Below, in pieces: positions 20,437-27,933 of a DNA stretch of 64,000 nt (within the stretch, counting starts at the first letter, position 1; each line of letters begins with the position of its first letter). The notes under the pieces are model-generated. The model searched no databases. It saw only the letters and a program-made list of their open reading frames with translations, and was not told where the DNA came from. Position numbers and translations under genes: made by a program. Location of the stretch: NCBI GenBank assembly GCA_963735035.1, contig CAVTJJ010000006.1, positions 480,001 through 544,000 of the forward strand. The letters run 5' to 3'. Source of the DNA: an uncultured candidate division Zixibacteria bacterium (GTDB lineage: Bacteria; Zixibacteria; MSB-5A5; GN15; FEB-12).

Positions 20437-22287
20437 TCAAAGACACGGCGCCAACGGCGCGTTCGAGATGTACAGATGATCGATGAGCAATGTAATGTCA
20501 CCGATCGTCAGATCATTATTAGTCGGTGTCGATCCACCCGACTGGTTGACGTCGCACTCCAGAAGGCACTCCAGGGGGAGGCTGCTAACGAAGAGGTGGG
20601 AGATCAGCATCGAAATGTCAGAAATCGTCGGCTCATAACCGCCGTCGCCGTTGACGTCGCCGACAATCCCCTGGCAGCAGTTGGATTTTACCGTCCCACC
20701 GTAAGTAACGGGGACGTAAGATCCTGCGGCGGCCGTGAATCCGATGCCATAACTCGCATACGAAGTGATTTCTATCGGGACGATTCCCTTCAAGGACGGT
20801 TGCATATTAGTGAAGAAGATATTGACGACTGGTCCGAAACCGGGCTCAAGATAGGCGCTGCCGACGGCGTTAATGGACACAGCTGCTTTGTTCTGGTTCT
20901 CGACCCAACTGAGAGTACGTGAAGTCATCGAACTACTACGAAGTCCGACCGTGGAAATGGAATCGAATCTGAGGTCGAAATCGCCCGTATAGCTGATCGG
21001 AAGGGTGATGTCCTTAAGTGGCAGATAGTTACGAACGTACACCGGGACCGAAATGTGGGTGCCGTCGAACCGAGCGTCCTGGATGTCCAACGTATCGGCA
21101 TATACGGAAACGAAATTGTTGAATTGCAGCTGATACAACTTTTCGGAAGTCTGCATATCGACCGAAACGGTCCTGAGTCCGGGATCACCGTAAACGTGGG
21201 TCGGTGTGGCGCCTGCTGCTGTGCTGCCATCACCGAAATTCCAATTCCAGTCCGTGACCGATTTGTGGGTTGAGCCCGTGAAATCGACCGACAACGGGGC
21301 CGGGCCAAGAACCGGGGTGGCTTGGATCTGGAACGGAATCGCCCAGTTGTCCAGAGCCGTGTTACTCCAGCAGAGGAGTCGACCTTGCTGTTGAGGGGTG
21401 AAAGTAGTGAGACACGACTGATTAGCGTACCCCATGTAGTTTTCCGGCATGGTGTACCCCCAGAGTAAACCGGAACAGGCATCATAGCCGGGGAAATTAA
21501 CGCACGGACCCTGGTTGGTGGGTGTCGGTGGGGTATCGGCGCAAAGATCACCGATCAGCGAGCTGGCGGACTGGGGGGGTTCGTAGCACTGGCTGCAAGC
21601 TGTTACTTCGTCGACGCCATGGAAGGTATGATAGAGGCCCAACGTATGGCCGACTTCGTGAGCGAAAACCCGATTGGGCAGTTCATTCCAATGAAAGTGT
21701 CCCATGACGATGCCGCCCGTAGGCTGCAGGGCGTCGAATGACCAGGGGAAGGTGCCAAAGGAATAGCTGAATTCGACCACTGTCACCCAGACGTTGAGAT
21801 ACTTGTCGGGCTCGATGGCGGTCGCAATCTTCATATCATTGATCTCGGATTCGGCCAGACTGCGCCAGGCCGTGGAATTGATCTGATGAATCTGGTAGAC
21901 AAACTGGATACCCATCGGGGCGTAATCGGCGTTCAGTTCGGCCACTTGTCCCGCGATATGCTCCGGTGTCGAAAATGGGTTGGAGCCGTCGTCAAGCGCA
22001 ACTGTATGTATGATCATTCTTACGTACTGCATCGGCTTCGGTGATCCGGGGATCCAGGTATCACGTACTGTCGGGTCGTCACAGGGGCTGTTTTGGTCGC
22101 AGGCTTCCGGAACTGCCGCGGCGCCGAAACGGGCCCGGTATTTCTGTTCGTAGACTTTCTGAGTACCGCACCAGTCCCAGCTACCATCGGGTGGGGGGGT
22201 AAACGCCTGAGCTAATATCGTAGGGGCGCAAATACCGGTTAAGGCTGTGAGGGCGAGCAGGATGTATCCGGAGTTCTTTAGAGTCAT
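20437..22287 (-). CDS. Secreted M43 (pappalysin/ulilysin-like) metalloprotease + PKD + cohesin-like + dockerin-like domains
   Basis: WCGT cysteine switch, HEVGHTLGLYHTF, DTPP, NYMGY Met-turn; WNFGDG; CCQGIVGDVNGDGG.EPTISDIS. Confidence 0.9.
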   Translation of the reverse strand: MTLKNSGYILLALTALTGICAPTILAQAFTPPPDGSWDWCGTQKVYEQKYRARFGAAAVPEACDQNSPCDDPTVRDTWIPGSPKPMQYVRMIIHTVALDDGSNPFSTPEHIAGQVAELNADYAPMGIQFVYQIHQINSTAWRSLAESEINDMKIATAIEPDKYLNVWVTVVEFSYSFGTFPWSFDALQPTGGIVMGHFHWNELPNRVFAHEVGHTLGLYHTFHGVDEVTACSQCYEPPQSASSLIGDLCADTPPTPTNQGPCVNFPGYDACSGLLWGYTMPENYMGYANQSCLTTFTPQQQGRLLCWSNTALDNWAIPFQIQATPVLGPAPLSVDFTGSTHKSVTDWNWNFGDGSTAAGATPTHVYGDPGLRTVSVDMQTSEKLYQLQFNNFVSVYADTLDIQDARFDGTHISVPVYVRNYLPLKDITLPISYTGDFDLRFDSISTVGLRSSSMTSRTLSWVENQNKAAVSINAVGSAYLEPGFGPVVNIFFTNMQPSLKGIVPIEITSYASYGIGFTAAAGSYVPVTYGGTVKSNCCQGIVGDVNGDGGYEPTISDISMLISHLFVSSLPLECLLECDVNQSGGSTPTNNDLTIGDITLLIDHLYISNAPLAPCL

Positions 22288-22573
22288 CTGTTGGCTCCGC
22301 TTCGAGTTGACCCTTTAAGGATGCGAGTGCGTGGGAGGGTCATCAGTGGCAGGTATATTATTCAATATACTTGCCCAGGGCATTTTCGCAAAGGACTATA
22401 ACGGACTTGCAACACGAAACAGCCACGGCTGATCGGCTCAGGCCTTCAAGTGACTTACCTGTCACATCGGGCTACCCGATTTGGAGGCAATGGCGACGAA
22501 CAATCAGACGCCAATTGAGGGGCGGAAAGGCCAATGTTGGTCGCTTTAGTTGTTCGGAAACGAGAATTGAGTC

Positions 22574-22602
22574 TTGACGCAAGGTAATGAACCGAGTATA
22601 TT
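22574..22602 (+). promoter_or_regulatory. Putative sigma70 promoter of the 1230-aa gene
   Basis: TTGACG-17 nt-TATATT. Confidence 0.5.
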
Positions 22603-23089
22603 CGTGATTAGGGTACAGGGCGTCGTTCCGTTTATGGAACGATACCACGGACAGTGGGCTACATACATCTTCGAATCTACTTCCAGCACCTAAAGACGCT
22701 GGCCTCCCTGAGATAGTGCTTCTTGTTACTTCCGCACCACCGCAAGCGCAGGTGGTTACAGTGTCATGGATGGCAGCACGGAAACAGGGTTCCATTGCGC
22801 ATGTCGTTCAGAAACTTTCCGAATACCAGGCATACCACGGGTGTGGTCTGCTCATCTGACTATGTATACGCGGGCGGGGAAGTTCGGTTGCATTCGAAAA
22901 ACCAAGACAGGCTGAATAAACTGGTAACCGGAATTTGGTCATGGACCTTTGAAAGGAGGTACATCCAGGGAAAGAGGTGAGTTTTGTGACGAATTAACTC
23001 CTGTTCTGGATTAGAAAACAGGGACTACCGATTGTGAGCGTCGACTCTTTTCGGGGCGACGCCGAAACTATTCTCGAAAGGGTTCAAGA

Positions 23090-26000
23090 ATGTTAAGGAA
23101 ACTAGTAACGATTGCTTCCATCCTGTGTCTGCTGATAGTGCTGGCAGTCACAGTCGAGGCGAGGGTCGGAGTTTCGGCTGACCGTCAGGATGCGACCAAA
23201 CTTGAAAGCGTGGAACGCTTCAATGTTCGGGGAACGTATCCAATGATGTCAGTGTACTCCGATGGGGATCCCAAGACCCCCACCCAGGTCTCGGTAAATG
23301 CATCTCGCCCCCGCCAGTCGGTGGGTAGCGCTGTCGCGCCGGGCGTCGGTCCGGGCAAGGGCGTCAGTGTGGCGCTGACCTGGGACGACCATCAGGTGTT
23401 CTATCCGGTGGGCCGTCACATTCAGCATTATTGGAACGGTGCTATCGGCGAAACCGCGGAAGTTGAAGTTCACTTCTGCTATGAAATGTCAGACGACACC
23501 CTTAACAGTCCGTATGATACTCTGCCTAATCGGCAGACCGGCTACAATGTGTACAATGCTGTGGTGACATCGGGTAATTGGCCGCGCGGCCAGGACATCG
23601 GTTGTCAGTTGCAGTCAGCCGATACTATCGGATCGGCCAAGGGTGCAAACATGGTCATACGCCCCAACGGCCTTGTGACTCTGGTTGCGAACTCCCGTTT
23701 CTTTACCAAGAAGTTTCCGACCGGAACGTGGTTTGAAGATAACATGCTGTACTATCAGGGAGCACAGTGGAACTGCACTTACGATCCCAGGACGTCAATA
23801 AATGTTACCTTTATCGATTCCACGATCTACAAGCCGCTCTGGGCTCAGTCGTCTTTGGGTGGCAACCATTCCCGCTATCCGAGCATCGCGACTCAGGTTG
23901 ACGGTGGCGGCAACGTGGTTACGCACGTGCTGTTGGCCGAAAGCGAGGCCTTCGAAATCACGGGCAATCCCGGCTACTCTAATGACGTGGATTATCGGAC
24001 CTTTGCCTATTTCCGCAAGCTCGGCAACGGCCCGGCGGGAAGCTGGAGCTCCGGTGTGATCATCGACACCATTGAGCGCAACTTCGCCGATATGGTGGCC
24101 GATCCGTTTTCGGGAAGAGTCTGCATTGCTTACTCCAACCCGAGCTATTACGGCCGTCTGCTCAACAATGGTTGGGATAAGGACTGCTACTACCGTGAGT
24201 CCACCAACTACGGTGTGAGCTGGAATCCTAAAGTCAATATCACCAACTATCTGAACGCCATCGCCGGCGTTCCTCACTATTCGATGTACTACGAGACCCG
24301 TGCGCTCTATACGTCCGATGGCAACTTGCACATCTTGTTCCAGCAGACGCCGGGCTCGGCTGATCCGTATTTCGACGGCTACAACTGGTCCGATTTCAAC
24401 CAGGATATCGCCCACTGGGATCGCAACTCCAACGCCTACGTGAGAGTCGCCAATGGTACCTACATGAACGACGACTATCTTACGGGTTCGATCAATACGG
24501 TCCACTGCGGTTTCGGCGGCGACCCGGCTACCTACACTCAGTTCTTCAATCTCTCTGAGTGCGATGGCAAGCTGTACGCGGTCTGGAACCAGATTCATCC
24601 GTGGGCCAATGAAGGTGATTACAGAATCCAGCCGAACTTGTTGACCGACTGTGCCTACACCGGCCTTCGTCTCAACATGGCGAACTGGGAAATCATGATG
24701 TCGGTATCCAAGGTAGCTACGCCGACTCTCTGGGATCCGTCCCGCCACGTTTCCAACACTTTCACTCCTAAGTGCGGTCTTCCGGGTGATCCTCTGGCTA
24801 CCGGCGGCGTCTGCGGCAACGAGTATAAGCCGTACGTCGAACATTACGGTTTCGATGAAGCCGGACTCGACCTGACCTGGCCGTCGGCCGCCGTGGTTGA
24901 TATGACCCCGGCTGGTCAGCCTGCTTACGCGGGCGATTTCTACCTCAACGCCGAGTACATGGACGATCAGTTCCCCGGTGCGGCTGCGGATCTCGACGAT
25001 CGTAGTTCGAACGGTGTTTTCTCATTGAATTCGATGAAGTGGTTGCGTCTCGCTTGCGTTGAGCCGGTTGAGGCTTCTCTGATCGAAGTCAAACCGTACA
25101 ATATTACGTTCCCGACCTGGGTGCAATTTGGGACTTCCAAGTCGTTCCCGATCACGGTCAAGAACAGCGGAAACGTTACTTTGAACGTCTCCGAAGTTGG
25201 TACCTCGGGCGGCGGATGGCTCAGTGCCTCCATTACTCCGACTCCCGGCACTCCGTTCCAGGTAACGGCCGGCGTTGTGAATACCGCGACGTTTGATATT
25301 AACATCAACGCGGGCGGTATTTCCACGACTCAGTGGCTGGATGGTGTGGTCTACTTGCGTTCCGACGCGGCCAACTTCGATTCGGTCGGCATTCCGATCC
25401 ACGTTCTGGCTGCGGCCGATGTCGAGGATGTGGTGTGGGATACCGTCACGACTCACAAGTTCATGTTCGACCCGTTCTTTGAGCCCGAAGGCGCCTGTAT
25501 CGCTCTGGCGGTCAGCAACTTCGGCGAAATCGGTATCGGCGCTTACTCCAAGGGTGGCGTCAATCTCGATTACTCCGAGTCCAAACTCGAGTGCGGAACC
25601 CGTGAGCGCGATAAGATGTATCTCATGAGCGGATCGGCGTTCACTATGATGGCCACCAGCTCCGCTGGTGCGGGCGTCAAGTTGACCCAGACGTTCAATG
25701 ATGCCAACCAGCTGGACGAAACCGGATTTGATCCGATTGGTACCAAGGGCCACATTCGCGGCGACAGCACTGCGACCGGCGTGTACGATTCGGTCTACAC
25801 CGGCAAGTTCGTAAACCGCGATACCACCATTGCCATGGAGCGCTTCGTGTACGGTCCTCGCTCGACTACGCCGTCGACCGCCACTCTGAACTTCGTGGTT
25901 ATGCTGACCAAGGTTTACTCTGGAGACGGCGCGGCTCACAGTCACGTTACCATTGGTAACGCCTGTGACTTCGACGTCCCGGCTGACAGCCCACCGAACA

Positions 26001-26782
26001 ACAACAACGGTGTTTCGACGCCGGGCAGGTTTGTGTACCTTCAGGGCACCGACACTGCCGGCAGCGAGGCCTGTCAGACGAACTTGAACCGCTACGCGAC
26101 CGAAGCGTTCGGTGGCAAGTATACGCAGGCTCAAGTAAACTCTCCCTGCCTCGTCGACTCCACGTTCTACGCCTCCAGCGCCTTGTATCAACTGATAATG
26201 GAAGATACGACGCACCTTCGCAACGGTACCGCCCTCGTCCCGAAGCAGCCGAACCCGTCGGTTTGGTGGGCTGAGACCGGTGTGCCAGGGTTGAATGCCT
26301 CGGCTCTCCAGGATACCGATCTGGCTTTGATCACGACCTACGTTCAGGACTATTCCCTTGGCGCGACAGACACCCTGTATTTCTGGACGGTTCTGTCGAC
26401 CGTACGCAACGGATCGCTGACCGATCTTGAGAATCAGGTGGCTTATGCCAAGAGCTGGTTTGTTGAAAAGGTCCGTCGCTGCGTCCCGAACCCGGGCTGC
26501 TGTCTAGAAAAAGTCGGCAACGCCAACGGTACTGGCGGCGAGACTCCGACGATCGGTGACATCAGCGTGATGATCGATGCCAAGTTCATCACGGGTGCCT
26601 GTATTCCTTCTGGTCCGGGCGCCAACATCGTTTGTCTAGGTGAAGCTGACATGAACCTGTCCGGTGGTCAACACCCGACCTGTGGATCCATTACGATCGG
26701 TGACATTTCGCTGTTGATCGACTGTCTGTTCATTACAGGCGAGCCGCCGTTCGTTCGCAGCACCTGTATGTCAATAGACTAA
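23090..26782 (+). CDS. Large secreted protein (BNR/propeller-like and Ig-like regions) with C-terminal dockerin-like module; function unknown
   Basis: Signal peptide; STNYGVSW Asp-box-like motif; VKNSGNVTLNV Ig-like segment; CCLEKVGNANGTGGETPTIGDIS...EADMNLSGG...ITIGDISLLID. Confidence 0.8.
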   Translation: MLRKLVTIASILCLLIVLAVTVEARVGVSADRQDATKLESVERFNVRGTYPMMSVYSDGDPKTPTQVSVNASRPRQSVGSAVAPGVGPGKGVSVALTWDDHQVFYPVGRHIQHYWNGAIGETAEVEVHFCYEMSDDTLNSPYDTLPNRQTGYNVYNAVVTSGNWPRGQDIGCQLQSADTIGSAKGANMVIRPNGLVTLVANSRFFTKKFPTGTWFEDNMLYYQGAQWNCTYDPRTSINVTFIDSTIYKPLWAQSSLGGNHSRYPSIATQVDGGGNVVTHVLLAESEAFEITGNPGYSNDVDYRTFAYFRKLGNGPAGSWSSGVIIDTIERNFADMVADPFSGRVCIAYSNPSYYGRLLNNGWDKDCYYRESTNYGVSWNPKVNITNYLNAIAGVPHYSMYYETRALYTSDGNLHILFQQTPGSADPYFDGYNWSDFNQDIAHWDRNSNAYVRVANGTYMNDDYLTGSINTVHCGFGGDPATYTQFFNLSECDGKLYAVWNQIHPWANEGDYRIQPNLLTDCAYTGLRLNMANWEIMMSVSKVATPTLWDPSRHVSNTFTPKCGLPGDPLATGGVCGNEYKPYVEHYGFDEAGLDLTWPSAAVVDMTPAGQPAYAGDFYLNAEYMDDQFPGAAADLDDRSSNGVFSLNSMKWLRLACVEPVEASLIEVKPYNITFPTWVQFGTSKSFPITVKNSGNVTLNVSEVGTSGGGWLSASITPTPGTPFQVTAGVVNTATFDININAGGISTTQWLDGVVYLRSDAANFDSVGIPIHVLAAADVEDVVWDTVTTHKFMFDPFFEPEGACIALAVSNFGEIGIGAYSKGGVNLDYSESKLECGTRERDKMYLMSGSAFTMMATSSAGAGVKLTQTFNDANQLDETGFDPIGTKGHIRGDSTATGVYDSVYTGKFVNRDTTIAMERFVYGPRSTTPSTATLNFVVMLTKVYSGDGAAHSHVTIGNACDFDVPADSPPNNNNGVSTPGRFVYLQGTDTAGSEACQTNLNRYATEAFGGKYTQAQVNSPCLVDSTFYASSALYQLIMEDTTHLRNGTALVPKQPNPSVWWAETGVPGLNASALQDTDLALITTYVQDYSLGATDTLYFWTVLSTVRNGSLTDLENQVAYAKSWFVEKVRRCVPNPGCCLEKVGNANGTGGETPTIGDISVMIDAKFITGACIPSGPGANIVCLGEADMNLSGGQHPTCGSITIGDISLLIDCLFITGEPPFVRSTCMSID

Positions 26783-26840
26783 GCATGTCTCTTGACTGAA
26801 GTTGAGCTGGTGAAATCGCAGATTTCGCCGGCCATGAATA

Positions 26841-26872
26841 AGCGGTCATCCCAACTGGGATGGCCGCTTTCT
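26841..26872 (+). terminator. Intrinsic terminator
   Basis: agcggtcatccca-ac-tgggatggccgct followed by ttct. Confidence 0.7.
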
Positions 26873-27215
26873 CTAATAGTACGATAATTGTGCGACTCTG
26901 CGGCGTGTGGACCGTATTCCGTAAAGTTTTTACGCAATACCGCCGTAATCTTGCCGTATTGACCAAACCTGTAAATTGTGGCAATTTGTAATTGCGAACA
27001 GAGAACTTGGGACAGGATCATTGTGTCCAGGTAACCTGTTGCAGGAATGTAGTTTGGGCCATGGCGAGTCAGGCAATTTGTCTGCCTCGCCATTTTTTTG
27101 TGCCACCAAATTTCTCAGAATCCATATGTGAGATCAACCACTTTCAGTTGAAGCGAAGCCAACCTCATGGCTATGATTGAATAAATGGAGGAAGGGTGGT
27201 CATATGGAGATGAAA

Positions 27216-27289
27216 TACCGGGGGGCGGGATTGAACCGCCGACCCCCTGTTCCACAGACAGGTGCTCTAACCAGCTGAGCTACCCCGGC
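27216..27289 (-). tRNA. tRNA-His (GUG); CCA and G-1 not encoded; G1:U72, A73
   Basis: Cloverleaf GCCGGGG TA GCTC AGCTGGTTA GAGC A CCTGT CT-GTG-GA ACAGG GGGTC GGCGG TTCAATC CCGCC CCCCGGT A. Confidence 0.95.
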
Positions 27290-27301
27290 ATTCAGACAAC
27301 C

Positions 27302-27329
27302 AAGTTAGCTATTCGGCCTGACATGTCAA
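27302..27329 (-). promoter_or_regulatory. Putative promoter of tRNA-His
   Basis: TTGACA-16 nt-TAACTT ending 12 nt upstream of tRNA position 1. Confidence 0.55.
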
Positions 27330-27450
27330 GACCTGAAGTGGTTCGAGGGAGGCGAGTTCGGTTCGCGGTTCTTGATCGCGGACCGCCCCCAAAGACAAAG
27401 CCAACCGATTCCAGCCCGGTCGGCTTCTATGAATGATACATTTGATCGCG

Positions 27451-27777
27451 CTAACAGCCGCTACAGCCGCCTTCGCTGCAATCACCCGGTTGACCGGCGC
27501 GGATAATGTAGCCACCGCCTTCCGGACGGGTCACATAATCAATATTTATGGCGCCAAGATCTGACAGGGCTTTCTTCAGGTCCGGGGCAATAAATGCGGT
27601 CACGCCGTTGTTTTCCAACTTCTCAAGCTTATCGATTGACTCTTCCAGAGCCATTCCCAGGGTTGGACCGCTTCACCCATATCCTTGAAAGAATATGATT
27701 AGATGCTTTCCCTTCGCTTGAGGGGAGTCCAGCACAACCTTAAGCTGACTGCTGGCTGAATCGGTAACAGATAACAT
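27451..27777 (-). CDS. HesB/IscA-like protein with in-frame TGA at codon 35 (probable selenocysteine)
   Basis: MLSVTDSASSQLKVVLDSPQAKGKHLIIFFQGYG(TGA)SGPTLGMALEESID...GCSGC; TGA at 27673-27675 falls at the Cys/Sec site of the GxGC(U)xGP motif; GAGGA RBS upstream. Confidence 0.85.
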
Positions 27778-27933
27778 TATTTCAATTTCCTCAATCTAAG
27801 TCTCCAAACATCAACTCGAAAAATAACTCAACTGTTTCCGTAAAGCCTCAAAAAACTCAAACCGTGGTCGGAGTCATATTGTATTGATCGACTAATGCAC
27901 AAACAAAATGTAGCTCCGCCAGGTTAGGTCACC

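Noticed and set aside
22700..23089. Known riboswitch (c-di-GMP, SAM, cobalamin, TPP)
   Set aside because: Consensus motifs not recognised by eye; kept only as an unclassified structured leader
23795..26215. Long antisense ORFs (349 and 397 aa)
   Set aside because: Shadows of the codon-biased sense gene; no motifs
26880..27200. oriC or ncRNA in an AT-rich intergenic stretch
   Set aside because: No DnaA-box cluster or recognisable RNA structure seen
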